Positions 1-10,144 of a stretch of 34,297 bases of DNA are shown one piece after another. Both the position numbers and the translations under genes were made by a program. Source of the DNA: a virus (Duplodnaviria > Caudoviricetes); IMG/VR virus record IMGVR_UViG_3300032225_001493, positions 1 through 34,297 of that record. One strand, given 5' to 3'. The notes below the pieces were generated by a model. It saw only the letters and a list, made by a program, of their open reading frames with translations, was not told the origin of the DNA and made no database searches. Within the stretch, counting starts at the first letter, position 1; each line of letters starts with the position of its first letter.

Positions 1-143
1 GGTTATTCGGACCACGGTTTTTTTCTAGCGGGAGGCGCCCAACCCCCTGAAACCCACTGCGCCCCGGTCACTTTTGACCCCTCCCCCGGCATCTTTAAGG
101 GGCATCAGTAGCCTTTAAGTTAAGGGAAGGACTGGTTAAAGGG

Positions 144-677
144 ATGCCGCTGGTCACGAAGAGCGAGTACGCCCGCTCGCGTGGATGCAGTCCAGCAGCG
201 GTCACCGGAGCAATCAAGACGGGCCGGATCAAGGCAGCCGTGGTGACAAAAGACGGCCGGGAATTCCTGGACTTCGACAAGGCCAATGAGCTCTGGGAAC
301 GCAACACCCAGCAGCAGCCACCACCCACCCGGGCCGCCAGCACCGCACCCAAGCCACCAACGGATCGAGAGCTGCAGGCCTTTATCCAGGGCTTGCCAGA
401 AGATCAAATCCCCGATCTGAACGACAGCCGCGCCAGACGTGAGCACTACCTGGCGGAGAAAGCCCGCCTTGAAGCGCTGCGTGGTCGGGATGAGCTGGTG
501 CCATCGGATCAGGTGAAGGCCGAAGCGTTTGCCTGCGCGCGTGCGGTGCGTGATGCACTGCTGGGCCTGGCTGATCGGTTGGCCCCGCAGCTCGCGGCAA
601 CAGCCGATGTGCGCGAATGCCACCAGCTGCTGACCGATGAGATCCGTGTCGCGCTGCGGGGATTGTCCGATGGCTGA
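144..677 (+). CDS. terS: Terminase small subunit (Nu1-like)
   Basis: N-terminal HTH (KSEYARSRGCSPAAVTGAIK), coiled-coil C-terminal half, directly upstream of and overlapping terL. Confidence 0.85.
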   Translation: MPLVTKSEYARSRGCSPAAVTGAIKTGRIKAAVVTKDGREFLDFDKANELWERNTQQQPPPTRAASTAPKPPTDRELQAFIQGLPEDQIPDLNDSRARREHYLAEKARLEALRGRDELVPSDQVKAEAFACARAVRDALLGLADRLAPQLAATADVRECHQLLTDEIRVALRGLSDG

Positions 678-2541
678 TGCAGCAGCGGTCTACCGGCAAG
701 CGTTTGGTGATGGCCTGAGGCCACCGGCCGCCATGACGGTGAGCGAATGGGCCGACGCCAATCGGATCCTCAGCGGCAAGGGATCAGCAGAGAAAGGCCC
801 ATGGCGCACCAGCCGAACCCCGTACTTGCGCGAGCCGATGGACTGCCTAAGCCCCAGTAACCCGACGCGGCGGGTGGTGCTGATGTTCGGCAGTCAGATG
901 GGCAAGACCGAGGTGGTCCTGAACTGGCTCGGCGCGATCATTGATCTGTGGCCAGCGCCAACGCTGCTGGTGCAGCCGACCCTGGACATGGCGAAGCGCC
1001 TAAACCGGCAGCGCCTGGAGCCGCTGCTCAGGGAGACGCCGGTGCTGGCCGATCGCATCGCCCCGGCCCGGTCCAGGGACAGCGGCAACACCATGTTCCT
1101 GAAGGAGTTCCAGGGCGGGCTGTTCGTGCTGACCGGGGCGAACAGCGCCAGCGGCCTGCAGTCGATGCCGGCCGCCTACCTGGCCGCCGATGAAGTGAGC
1201 AGCTACCCCCTGGAGGCCGACGACAAGGGCGACCCGCTGGAGAACGCCGAGGCCAGAACGCGAACGTTCCCCATGGGCAAGGTGCTGATCACCAGCACCC
1301 CCGGCACGCGCGGCGCCTGCCGGATCACCGAGGAGTTCGAGAAGCGTTCAGACCAGCGCCGATACGCCAGCTTCATGCCCTGCTGCGGCGCCCATGAGGT
1401 GCTGCGCTGGCGCGAGCACATGGCATGGGATCGCCCCGATGGTGAGGTGTGGTGCCAGTGTCCGGCTTGCGGTGAGCGAGTCGCGCAGCACCACAAGACC
1501 ACCATGCTGGGCCGCGCTGAATGGCGCGCGCACGCCGGCGGCGATGGCCAGACCGCTGGCTTTCATCTGCCCAGCTGGTACGCCCCGGCCGGGTGGACGC
1601 CATGGGAGCAGATCCGTGATGAGTTCCTGCGGGCCAAGGGCGACCCGCTGCTGCTCAAAGGTTGGGTCAACAAACACGCCGCCGAGGCCTGGGAGGACGA
1701 AGCCGTTGCCCGCGTCAATGCCGATGGCCTGATGGAGCGCGCCGCGAAGGAGCCGTATCCCACCGGCCATTGCCCCGCCGGCGTGCTGCTGCTGCTGGCG
1801 TCTGTTGACGTTCAGGACACCTGGCTGGAGATCAAGGTGAAGGGCTACGGCAGGGGTGAGGAGAGTTGGCTGATCTGGCACCAGAAGGTCGAAGGCGACC
1901 CGGCGCAAGATGAGGTGTGGGCCCAGATTGACAGCATCCGCCGGACTGAGTTCCCCCTTGAAGGTGGCGGCACCCTGAAGGCTCGGCACACGGCGATCGA
2001 CACCGGCGGCCACTTCACCAACGAGGCGTACGACTACTGCCGCCGCAACGCCAAAGAGGGCGTGATCGCCATCAAGGGCAGCAGTACCAGGTCGGCTCCA
2101 GCGCTGGGCAAGGGCAGCAAGCAGGACGTCAACCTGAAGGGCCGCACGGTGAAGGGTGGCGTCACGCTCTACATGGTCGGAACCGACACCCTGAAACGCA
2201 CCATCTACGCCCGCCTGAAGATCGGCCAGCCGGGCCCGGGCTTCTGCCACTTTGGACAGAACGCAACCGATGATTACCTGGAGGGCCTGACCTGTGAGCG
2301 GCTAATCCCGCGCACGGTGAAGGGTTTCCAGGTGCTGGAGTGGCAGAAGCCCAGCGGCGCGCGCAATGAACCGCTCGACCTTGAGGTGTACTGCCTGGCA
2401 GCGCTGGAGTTGGTGAAGCGCCGCTACAACCGCGCGACAATGTGGGATCAGTTGGAGGCGCAGCTCACCAAGCCAGCCGCCGCCCCCCAGCGCCAAGCCA
2501 GGCCCACGCCGCCACAGCCGTCATTTTTGACGAACTGGTGA
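670..2541 (+). CDS. terL: Terminase large subunit, lambda gpA family
   Basis: gpA motifs TVSEWAD, GPWRTSRTPY, SQMGKTE (Walker A), ADEVSSYP, STP, VDVQ, RNEPLD; ATG at 670 chosen as start. Confidence 0.97.
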   Translation: MADAAAVYRQAFGDGLRPPAAMTVSEWADANRILSGKGSAEKGPWRTSRTPYLREPMDCLSPSNPTRRVVLMFGSQMGKTEVVLNWLGAIIDLWPAPTLLVQPTLDMAKRLNRQRLEPLLRETPVLADRIAPARSRDSGNTMFLKEFQGGLFVLTGANSASGLQSMPAAYLAADEVSSYPLEADDKGDPLENAEARTRTFPMGKVLITSTPGTRGACRITEEFEKRSDQRRYASFMPCCGAHEVLRWREHMAWDRPDGEVWCQCPACGERVAQHHKTTMLGRAEWRAHAGGDGQTAGFHLPSWYAPAGWTPWEQIRDEFLRAKGDPLLLKGWVNKHAAEAWEDEAVARVNADGLMERAAKEPYPTGHCPAGVLLLLASVDVQDTWLEIKVKGYGRGEESWLIWHQKVEGDPAQDEVWAQIDSIRRTEFPLEGGGTLKARHTAIDTGGHFTNEAYDYCRRNAKEGVIAIKGSSTRSAPALGKGSKQDVNLKGRTVKGGVTLYMVGTDTLKRTIYARLKIGQPGPGFCHFGQNATDDYLEGLTCERLIPRTVKGFQVLEWQKPSGARNEPLDLEVYCLAALELVKRRYNRATMWDQLEAQLTKPAAAPQRQARPTPPQPSFLTNW

Positions 2542-2548
2542 GATCAGA

Positions 2549-2560
2549 ATCCCTAGCCTG
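2549..2560 (+). promoter_or_regulatory. ATYCCTAGCCTG motif copy (putative late promoter -10)
   Basis: ATCCCTAGCCTG; the same motif recurs at 4705, 18252 and 27298, each just upstream of a gene start. Confidence 0.55.
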
Positions 2561-2565
2561 ATGCC

Positions 2566-3144
2566 ATGACGATCCCGCTCCAGTTCAGGGCCGGTGACAC
2601 GCTGCAGTGGCGCAACCTGCCAACTGCAGACGCGCTCGGCAATGCGATCACAGCCGCTGACGGGTGGGGCCTGGCCACCTACTTCCGCAGCCAGGCCACC
2701 GGCGCCGGTGGCGTGACGGTAACAGCCACGGCTGCGGGCCAGGCGTGGGAATCGACGCTCAGTGCCAGCGCATCGCTGGCCATGACGGTTGGCGCTTGGT
2801 ATTGGCAGACCAGGGCCAGTAAGGGCGCCGAGGCCCACACGATCGGCACCGGCACCAGCAAGGTGCTGGCCGCCATGAGCTACAGCGGCAGCGCCGCCAG
2901 CTTTGACGGGCGCACACAATCCCAGATCGATCTGGAGGCGGTGCAGGCCGCCATCCGTGCGGTGCTTGCCGGCGGTGCGGTGCGCCGGTACATGATCGGC
3001 GGCCGGCAGCTGGAGCGCTTCAGCCTGGCCGAGCTGATCGATCTGGAATCACGGCTGAAGGCTCGGGTGTCGCGTGAGCAAGCGGCCGAGCGGGTTGCTA
3101 ACGGATTGGGCAATCCCGGCTCCACTTTTGTGAGGTTTGTCTGA
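2566..3144 (+). CDS. Head completion/head-tail adaptor (gpW-like C-terminus with an N-terminal beta-rich extension)
   Basis: LEAVQAAIRAVLAGGAVRRYMIGGRQLERFSLAELI motif; lies between terL and portal. Confidence 0.8.
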   Translation: MTIPLQFRAGDTLQWRNLPTADALGNAITAADGWGLATYFRSQATGAGGVTVTATAAGQAWESTLSASASLAMTVGAWYWQTRASKGAEAHTIGTGTSKVLAAMSYSGSAASFDGRTQSQIDLEAVQAAIRAVLAGGAVRRYMIGGRQLERFSLAELIDLESRLKARVSREQAAERVANGLGNPGSTFVRFV

Positions 3145-4712
3145 TGGCCTTCGGCCTTGGCTTTTCGATCCGTGAACGGCTGGGCCTAAAGGCTCCGGCG
3201 ACGGCAGCGCCCCGGCGGCGCATGTTTGGCGGCGCCATGCTCAGCCGCCTCACGTCGGACTGGGTGACCAGCGGCACCAGCCAGGACGCCGAGGTGCGCG
3301 GCAGCGCCCGCACCCTGCGGAACCGCGCACGCCAGCTGGTCAGGGACAACGACTACGCCCGCAACGCGGTGCGCAAGCTCACCGACAACGTGGTGGGCCA
3401 GGGCGTTCAGTTCCAGAGCCAAGTGCGGATGCAGCGCGGCGGTGGCCGGCTGGATTCGACCATCAACGACGCGATCGAGAGCCGTTGGGCCGAGTGGAGC
3501 CGCAAAGACAGCGCCGACGTGGCCGGCCTGCTGTGCTTCAACGACATTGAGCGGCTTGCCTATGCCTCGGTGGTCGAATCCGGCGAAGTGTTCATTCGCC
3601 TGATCCGCCAGTCCGTGGGCCGCTCAACGGTGCCGCTGACGCTCCAGGTGCTGGAAGCCGACATGCTGGACGACAACTGGAACGGCACCAGCGACGAAGG
3701 CAACGAGATCAGGATGGGCGTGGAGGTGGACATCAACAGCCGCCCTGTGGCGTACCACTTCTTCCCCCGCCATCCAGGTGATTACCAATATGGCCAAAAG
3801 GCCAACCCGTACCGCAAGCGGATCAGGGTGCCAGCAGCTGAGATCGTCCACCTGTATCACATTGAAAGGCCTGGCCAAACCCGTGGCATCACGCGCTTTG
3901 CCTCGGCGCTGTCGCGGTTGCACATGCTGGATGGCTATGCGGATTCGGAGCTGGTGGCGGCCAGGGCCGGCGCCGCGCTGATGGGCTTCATCCAGTCGCC
4001 TGAAGGTGATCTGACCGGCTTCTCTGATGGCGTGCAAGATCAGCAGCAGGTGGTCGATTGGGCGCCAGGCCAGTGGAAATACTTGAGCCCGGGGGAAACG
4101 GTCAACGTGCCGCAGCTCAACCGCCCGACCACGTTCGAGCCGTTCGTGCGGGCCTGCTTGCGCAGCATCGCCGTGGGGGTTGGCGTTCCGTATTTCAGCT
4201 TGTCGGGAGACGCCAGCCAAACGAACTACAGCAGCGCCCGCCTGGAGCTGATCGAGGCTCGCGACGGCTACCGCGTCGAGCAGTCCTGGCTGATTGAGAA
4301 CCTGCACCAGCGCGTCTTTGATGCTTGGCTCGACATGGCCGTGCTCAGCGGCGCGCTCAACTTGCCGGGTTATGACACCGACCCCAGCCGTTACAGCCAG
4401 CCGCGGTGGTTGCCGCGCGGTTGGGCCTGGGTGGATCCGCAGAAGGAGGTGGCCAGCTACAAGGAAGCCGTCAGGTGCGGATTTATGTCGCAGGGCGATG
4501 TGGTGGCCCAGGGCGGCGGCGACCTGGAGGAGCTGTTTACCGCTCGACAGCGCGAGCTGGAGCTGGCCGCCGAGTTGGGCCTGGTGTTCGACACCGATCC
4601 GGCTCAGGTTGACGCCAAGGGCGCCGGCCAGGGCGCTCCGGCCGATCCGGCGCTGAGCGATCCCAATCAGCAGGATCCGGCAACGCCGGATCAGACAAAC
4701 CAGGATTCCTAG
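3144..4712 (+). CDS. Portal protein, lambda family
   Basis: LRNRARQLVRDNDYA, RPGQTRG, NYSSARLELIE and WVDPQKE motifs. Confidence 0.96.
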   Translation: MAFGLGFSIRERLGLKAPATAAPRRRMFGGAMLSRLTSDWVTSGTSQDAEVRGSARTLRNRARQLVRDNDYARNAVRKLTDNVVGQGVQFQSQVRMQRGGGRLDSTINDAIESRWAEWSRKDSADVAGLLCFNDIERLAYASVVESGEVFIRLIRQSVGRSTVPLTLQVLEADMLDDNWNGTSDEGNEIRMGVEVDINSRPVAYHFFPRHPGDYQYGQKANPYRKRIRVPAAEIVHLYHIERPGQTRGITRFASALSRLHMLDGYADSELVAARAGAALMGFIQSPEGDLTGFSDGVQDQQQVVDWAPGQWKYLSPGETVNVPQLNRPTTFEPFVRACLRSIAVGVGVPYFSLSGDASQTNYSSARLELIEARDGYRVEQSWLIENLHQRVFDAWLDMAVLSGALNLPGYDTDPSRYSQPRWLPRGWAWVDPQKEVASYKEAVRCGFMSQGDVVAQGGGDLEELFTARQRELELAAELGLVFDTDPAQVDAKGAGQGAPADPALSDPNQQDPATPDQTNQDS

Positions 4713-4716
4713 CCTG
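4705..4716 (+). promoter_or_regulatory. ATYCCTAGCCTG motif copy (putative late promoter -10)
   Basis: ATTCCTAGCCTG overlapping the portal TAG stop; ATG 4722 lies 7 nt after TAGCCT. Confidence 0.55.
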
Positions 4717-4721
4717 TGCGC

Positions 4722-6659
4722 ATGAATACGATCAGACTTCCCAGCCTGACCAGATCGGCGCCGATTGAGGCGCCGCAGATTGACGCGGAATCACGCACGA
4801 TCTCATTCCCGTTCAGCTCCACCTATCCGGTCGAGCGCTACTTCGGCTCCGAGGTGCTGAGCCATGACGCTGGCGCCGCAGACCTGAGCCGACTGAATGA
4901 CGGCGCCCCCCTGCTGCTGAACCACGACCCGAATCAACTGATCGGCGTGGTCGAGCGCAGCTGGATTGAAGGCGACCGGGGCTATGTGTCGGCCCGGTTC
5001 AGCAGCAGCGACCTGGCGCAGCAGGTGCAGCGCGATGTGCAAGACGGGATTATGCGGAACGCCTCGTTCGGCTACCGGGTGCTGGAGCTGACAGCAGGCG
5101 AGAAGCGGGACGACGGCCAGCCGCAAACCTTCACCGCTGACCGTTGGATGCCCTTTGAGGTGTCCCTGGTTTCGATCCCTGCTGACCCGACCGTTGGCAT
5201 CGGCCGCAAGGTTGATGACGACGCGCAGGAGGTGCCCATCCGGGCGCCTTCCACCATCAAGCCACAGGCTCGGGCCCCTGAGCCTGAGCCTGCTGTTCAG
5301 GAGGTTGCTGCCTCCACCCCTTCCCTTTCTTCCCCTGAAACCATGACCGACCTCAACATCGAGGCGGTGCGTTCTGAGGCAGCTGCCGCCGAGCGCACCC
5401 GCAACGCTTCCATTACCGCCCTGGGCAGCCGCCACGGCATGGACGACCTGGCCCGCCAGTTCGTCGAATCCGGCCGCAGCGTCGAGGAGTTCCGCACCGC
5501 AATCCTCGACAAGCTGGGCGCCAAGCAGGAGCCGATTGACCAGAGCTCCGGCTCGGTTGACCTGAATGCCAAGGAGCAGCGCGACTACTCGATCGTCCGC
5601 GCCATCAACGCCGCCATCACCGGCAATTGGTCTGAGGCTGGCCTGGAGCGTGAAGTCTCTGCCGAGATCGAGCGCAAGAGCGGTCGCGCCACCTCGGGCT
5701 TCTACATGCCCCATAACCTGGAGATGCGCGCTCCTTATGCCGTGGGTGCCAGCAGCACCGGCGGCGCACTGGTGGCCACGAACCTGCTGGCCTCCAACTT
5801 CATCGAGGTGCTGCGCAACAACGCCCTCATCATGAACATGGGCCCGTCGCTGCTGACCGGCCTGGTCGGCAATGTGAGCCTGCCCCGCCAGACCGCTGCC
5901 ACCTCCACTTACTGGGTGACGGAAGCATCGAGCCTGACCGAAGCAGAGGCCACGTTTGACACCGTGACCCTTTCGCCCAAGCAGATCGGCGCCCGCTCGC
6001 AATACAGCCGCCTGGCATTGGCTCAAACCACGCCGGACATTGAGCAGCTTGTGCGCAACGACCTGGCGAAGGTCATGGCCCTCGGCATCGACCTGGCCGC
6101 CATCAACGGCTCCGGTTCCAGCGGCCAGCCCACCGGCATTCTCAACACCTCCGGCATCGGTTCGGTGGCGATGGGGACCAACGGCGCCGCCTTCACCGAT
6201 GGCGCTTCTGGCTCCACCTCCGGCCTGGATCAACTGATCAGCCTGGAGAGCAAGCTCGACATCGCCAACGCGTTGAACGGCAACCTCTACTACCTGACCA
6301 ATGCCAAGGTCGTTGCGGCCCTCAAGAAGCTCAAGAACGCCTACGGCGAATACCTCTGGACCGCCTCTGATGGCGTGACGACCACCGGCACCCCCGGCGG
6401 TGTGAACGGCTACGGCGTGATGCGCTCCAACCAGGTGCCCGCCACCCTCACCAAGGGCAGCGGCACTGCATTGAGCGCGTTGATTTTCGGTAATTTTTCG
6501 GAATTGCTGATCGGCATGTGGGGAGCGCTTGAAATTCTTCCGAACCCCTACGGCTCCGGCTACAACGCCGGTTCCGTGGACATCCGCGCCATGCAGACCT
6601 GCGACATCCAGGTGAAGCACGCAGCTTCGTTCGCGGCCATCACCGACATCATCGCCTGA
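4722..6659 (+). CDS. Prohead protease (HK97-type) fused to major capsid protein
   Basis: Protease motifs LLNHD, SFGYRV, EVSLVSIPAD; Pro/Ala linker; HK97-fold capsid motifs (GGALVAT, YWVTEA, LSPKQIGA, GQPTGILN, FGNFS). Confidence 0.95.
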   Translation: MNTIRLPSLTRSAPIEAPQIDAESRTISFPFSSTYPVERYFGSEVLSHDAGAADLSRLNDGAPLLLNHDPNQLIGVVERSWIEGDRGYVSARFSSSDLAQQVQRDVQDGIMRNASFGYRVLELTAGEKRDDGQPQTFTADRWMPFEVSLVSIPADPTVGIGRKVDDDAQEVPIRAPSTIKPQARAPEPEPAVQEVAASTPSLSSPETMTDLNIEAVRSEAAAAERTRNASITALGSRHGMDDLARQFVESGRSVEEFRTAILDKLGAKQEPIDQSSGSVDLNAKEQRDYSIVRAINAAITGNWSEAGLEREVSAEIERKSGRATSGFYMPHNLEMRAPYAVGASSTGGALVATNLLASNFIEVLRNNALIMNMGPSLLTGLVGNVSLPRQTAATSTYWVTEASSLTEAEATFDTVTLSPKQIGARSQYSRLALAQTTPDIEQLVRNDLAKVMALGIDLAAINGSGSSGQPTGILNTSGIGSVAMGTNGAAFTDGASGSTSGLDQLISLESKLDIANALNGNLYYLTNAKVVAALKKLKNAYGEYLWTASDGVTTTGTPGGVNGYGVMRSNQVPATLTKGSGTALSALIFGNFSELLIGMWGALEILPNPYGSGYNAGSVDIRAMQTCDIQVKHAASFAAITDIIA

Positions 6660-6676
6660 TCTCGCCGTTGTTTCCC

Positions 6677-6700
6677 GGGGCCGGCTTTCCGGCCCCTTTC
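6677..6700 (+). terminator. Hairpin/weak terminator after the capsid gene
   Basis: GGGGCCGG-cttt-CCGGCCCC followed by TTTC. Confidence 0.55.
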
Positions 6701-6703
6701 CCT

Positions 6704-6874
6704 ATGGCCCGCTTTAAGGTTCGCGCTGATTTCTTCGTTCATCAGGACGGCAAGGTCTTTGAGCCCGGCGCTGAGCTGGAGCTCACCCCTGAGCAGTTTG
6801 AGCTGGTGGCCCATCAGGTGGAGCCGCTGCCCGAACCCAAGCCCACCCGCAAGGCGAAGGAGCCCACCGCCTGA
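6704..6874 (+). CDS. Small post-capsid protein (packaging chaperone FI-like position)
   Basis: 56 aa MARFKVRADFFVHQDGKVFEPG...; basic tail; TGATG overlap with the next gene. Confidence 0.7.
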   Translation: MARFKVRADFFVHQDGKVFEPGAELELTPEQFELVAHQVEPLPEPKPTRKAKEPTA

Positions 6875-7242
6875 TGGCCTTCACCGAGGATCTCACCGCC
6901 TTCCTTGACCTCAACGGCTTTGGCGTCCCTGTGGTCGCCGGGGCCGTTTCTGGCGTGGGGATTCTCGATCAGAACAGCGAGATGATCCTTGGTGGCGAGG
7001 TGACGATCGTCGATTATCTGTTGACTGTCAGCACCGCCACCTTTGGCCATTTGAGTTACGGCGACCTGGTGGACGTGGACGGCGTGACGTTCAAGGCGGA
7101 GACACAGCCGCAGCGCTTTGACGACGGCGCGTTTTGCCGGGTGCCACTGGTCAAGGCTGATCCTGATCCGGCGATTGACTTCATCCTTGACGGTGGCGCA
7201 TCGATCGCGGCCGGCACCATCTACGACGGAGGCGGGGCATGA
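6874..7242 (+). CDS. Head-tail joining protein (gpFII-like)
   Basis: Small beta-rich protein with GDLVDVDGVTFKA motif; position after capsid. Confidence 0.7.
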   Translation: MAFTEDLTAFLDLNGFGVPVVAGAVSGVGILDQNSEMILGGEVTIVDYLLTVSTATFGHLSYGDLVDVDGVTFKAETQPQRFDDGAFCRVPLVKADPDPAIDFILDGGASIAAGTIYDGGGA

Positions 7243-8795
7243 GCCAGACCATCCCCGCCCGCATCGTCATCCGCCGCGATACGGCGGCGAACTGGACCGC
7301 CGCTAACCCGATCCTGCTGAGCGGCGAATGGGGCTTTGAGACCGATACCCGGCAGCTGAAGATCGGCGATGGTGCAACGGCCTGGAATGCGCTGGGTTAC
7401 TACAGCACTGGCGGCGGCGGGGCCACCCTCAGCAATGACACCCCCCAGGCCCTCGGGACCGCTGCGGCCGGCACGGCCATCACGGCCAGCCGCAGCGATC
7501 ACCGGCACGCAATGCCAACGGCAGCTCAGGTGGGTGCTGTTTCCACTTCTGACAGCAGGCTGAGCGACGCCCGCGAGTGGAGCGCAGCCACCGCCACCCA
7601 GGCCGAAGCCGAGGCGGGAAGCTCAACCGCTCGCCTTGCGTTCACCCCGCTGCGGATCTTCCAGGCCATCGCGGCATGGTGGAGCGGATCGGCCGCCGCA
7701 TCAAAGCTGGCTGGGATCGCCAGCGGCGCCACGGCGAACCAGGCCGATGCCTACCTGCTGAGCAGGGCCAATCACACCGGCGCCCAAGCGGCTAGCACCA
7801 TCACGGGCCTTGCCACGGTGGCCACCAGTGGGGCCTATGGCGACCTGTCCGGCCGGCCCACCCTCGGCGGCGCTGCGTCGTTGAGCGTCGGCACCACCGC
7901 CGGCACGGTGGCCGCTGGAGACGACAGCAGGATCACCGGAGCACTGAGCGCAGCCACAGCCACCACCACCTACCAGCCCCTCGACAGTAACCTGACCGCC
8001 ATCGCAGCGCTGACCACCACGACGTTCGGCCGGGCCCTGCTGACCCAGGCAGACGCGGCAGCGGGACGCACAACGCTTGGCCTGGGCAGCCTGGCCACGC
8101 AATCTGGCACGTTCTCGGGAACCAGCAGCGGCACCAATACTGGCGACCAAACGATCACGCTGACCGGCGACGTGACCGGATCCGGTACCGCATCATTCGC
8201 GGCCACTCTGGCAGCCACCGCAGTAGCCGCCGGCAGTTACGGCAGCGCGTCCCAGGTGGCCTCGTTCACCGTGGACGGCAAAGGCAGGCTGACAGCAGCC
8301 AGCAACGTTTCAATCAGCCTGGCGGCGGCAGCTATCACGGGCCTGGCCGCATCAGCCACCACCGACACCACCAACGCCTCGAACATCACCAGCGGCACCC
8401 TGGCGGCGGCGCGGCTGCCATCCACGGCGGCCCTGACCAGCGGCAGCACGATTACCCAGCAATACGCGGCCAGAAGCACCGTCACCGCCAGCAGCGGCAC
8501 TTACACGCTGGATGTGACAGCCGGAAACGAGTTCGTCACAGCAGCCGCCATTGCAGGCGCAACGACCATCAATCTCAGCGGACTAAGCAGCGTTCCCGCG
8601 TCCGGCCTGTGGCGCGGCGTGCTGAGGTTTGCTTATACCAGCGGCACCATCTCCTGGTTCACCGGCAACAGCAGCTACACCGTGAAATGGGACGGCGGCA
8701 CTGCCATGACTCCAACGGCTGGTGAGACTGAGTGCGTAGTGATTGAGGTTTACGGAACCACAATCGAGATTGCCGCACTGAAGGGGAGGACGTGA
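7239..8795 (+). CDS. Fibre protein with Mtd/hyaluronidase-type N-terminal anchor
   Basis: RIVIRRDTAANWTAANPILLSGEWGFETDTRQLKIGDG N-terminus; A/T/G/S-rich mosaic of common phage fibre segments. Confidence 0.8.
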   Translation: MSQTIPARIVIRRDTAANWTAANPILLSGEWGFETDTRQLKIGDGATAWNALGYYSTGGGGATLSNDTPQALGTAAAGTAITASRSDHRHAMPTAAQVGAVSTSDSRLSDAREWSAATATQAEAEAGSSTARLAFTPLRIFQAIAAWWSGSAAASKLAGIASGATANQADAYLLSRANHTGAQAASTITGLATVATSGAYGDLSGRPTLGGAASLSVGTTAGTVAAGDDSRITGALSAATATTTYQPLDSNLTAIAALTTTTFGRALLTQADAAAGRTTLGLGSLATQSGTFSGTSSGTNTGDQTITLTGDVTGSGTASFAATLAATAVAAGSYGSASQVASFTVDGKGRLTAASNVSISLAAAAITGLAASATTDTTNASNITSGTLAAARLPSTAALTSGSTITQQYAARSTVTASSGTYTLDVTAGNEFVTAAAIAGATTINLSGLSSVPASGLWRGVLRFAYTSGTISWFTGNSSYTVKWDGGTAMTPTAGETECVVIEVYGTTIEIAALKGRT

Positions 8796-9568
8796 TGCTG
8801 GGACGCATGGCCTTGTTGGCGGCGACAAATAGCGCTGGGCTTTGGACCCCAGCGAACATCAGCACAGCGCTTTGGCTGGATGCGAGCGACAGCGCCACGA
8901 TCACAGCAGCGTCGGGTTTGGTGAGCCAATGGAATGACAAGAGTGGCAACAGCCGAAACGCAACGGCCAGCGGTGCGCTGAGGCCAACAACAGCCACGCG
9001 CACGATCAATTCACTCAATACCTTGGATTTCAGCGGAGCCAATGCAATGAGCTTTGCTGCTGCGCCATTGGCAAGCACAACCTCAGCGCTGGCGGTGTTT
9101 GTGTTTCAGCTTGATGCTGACCCACCAAGTACGGCCATCGGCCCAGTCCTCGGCGACTGGGGAACCGGTAGTCAAGCCAATCATTTCCCATACTCCGATG
9201 GCGTAATTTATGAAAACTTCATGACCAATTTTCGCAAGACCTGCGGTAACCCAACGCCATCCATGGCAACTAATGCTTGCGTTGCTAGCATGACCAGCGC
9301 AAACGGTTTATGGGAGCTATACATCAATGGCAGCTTACTTTATACCACAAGTTCAAACACTTACGCAATCGGCGGATCGCCACGAATTGGCGCGTCAAGC
9401 GTTTTCTACGTTGACGGTCGAATTGCCGAAATTGCTGTAGTTGCCAACAGCACGTCAACCACCACTCGGCAACTGCTTGAGGGCTACCTGGCCGGAGCAA
9501 CCCGCTGGGGCCTGCAGTCACTACTCCCTGCTGGCCACCCCTATAAGTCCGCCGCACCAACCGCATGA
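8792..9568 (+). CDS. LamG/concanavalin A-like receptor-binding protein
   Basis: LWLDASD, VSQWNDKSGN, LYINGS, GRIAEIAV and LEGYLA...WG motifs. Confidence 0.75.
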   Translation: MMLGRMALLAATNSAGLWTPANISTALWLDASDSATITAASGLVSQWNDKSGNSRNATASGALRPTTATRTINSLNTLDFSGANAMSFAAAPLASTTSALAVFVFQLDADPPSTAIGPVLGDWGTGSQANHFPYSDGVIYENFMTNFRKTCGNPTPSMATNACVASMTSANGLWELYINGSLLYTTSSNTYAIGGSPRIGASSVFYVDGRIAEIAVVANSTSTTTRQLLEGYLAGATRWGLQSLLPAGHPYKSAAPTA

Positions 9569-10137
9569 CGCTGATCCACGCCCCCGCCGATTCCGCCCCC
9601 GTTTGGCCCTACGACCTGGCCGATCTGCGCCGGGACAACCCGAACGTCAGTTTCTCGATCAGTCCAACGCTTGACGATCTGGCCCCGTTTGGCGTTTTTG
9701 AGGTGGTGTCGGCCGAGCCTCCCCCTTGCGACCTGCGCTCCCAACGGCTGGAAGAAGCGCAGCCCGAATTGAACGATGGCGTCTGGGCGCAGCGCTGGAC
9801 CGTGCGCGATGCCACGGCAGAGGAAGTCGCGGACTATGACGCTGCAAACCAGCCGCCGCCTGACTGGGCAAGGTTTAAGCGTGTAGCCCTCGGCAGCGAC
9901 ACGCTGAACGCGATCCTTGCCACCGCCTACCAGTCCGTGCCCGTGGCCGCTGGCGCCCTGGCGTCGGCCCTGCTGCGAGCTGAGTCGGGCGATTGTGCCG
10001 ACTTCGCCGCCGCCTGGAGCGCCATCACTCGCGCTGTGCCGGTGTCATCTGAGGTGGCCGCTGGATTTGCTGGGGTGGCCAGAGCCTGCAGCTTGCCGAG
10101 CGAGTTCGTAGCGGCGCTGCAGCCCTCGCCAAACTGA
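9565..10137 (+). CDS. Fibre-associated/assembly protein
   Basis: YDLADLRRDNPNVSF and WAQRWTV motifs typical of genes following phage fibres. Confidence 0.6.
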   Translation: MTLIHAPADSAPVWPYDLADLRRDNPNVSFSISPTLDDLAPFGVFEVVSAEPPPCDLRSQRLEEAQPELNDGVWAQRWTVRDATAEEVADYDAANQPPPDWARFKRVALGSDTLNAILATAYQSVPVAAGALASALLRAESGDCADFAAAWSAITRAVPVSSEVAAGFAGVARACSLPSEFVAALQPSPN

Positions 10138-10144
10138 ATCAACG

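Noticed and set aside
61-71. GCCCCGGTCAC resembling half of terminators T1/T2
   Set aside because: Short GC-rich match without the complementary arm; likely chance.
4803-6620. 605-aa minus-strand ORF and similar long antisense ORFs (14994-16157, 11115-12047, 32367-33356)
   Set aside because: Shadow frames of well-supported genes, expected from high-GC codon bias; no recognisable motifs.
7239-9568. Diversity-generating retroelement suggested by the Mtd-like N-terminus
   Set aside because: No reverse transcriptase and no TR/VR pair differing at adenines seen in the window.
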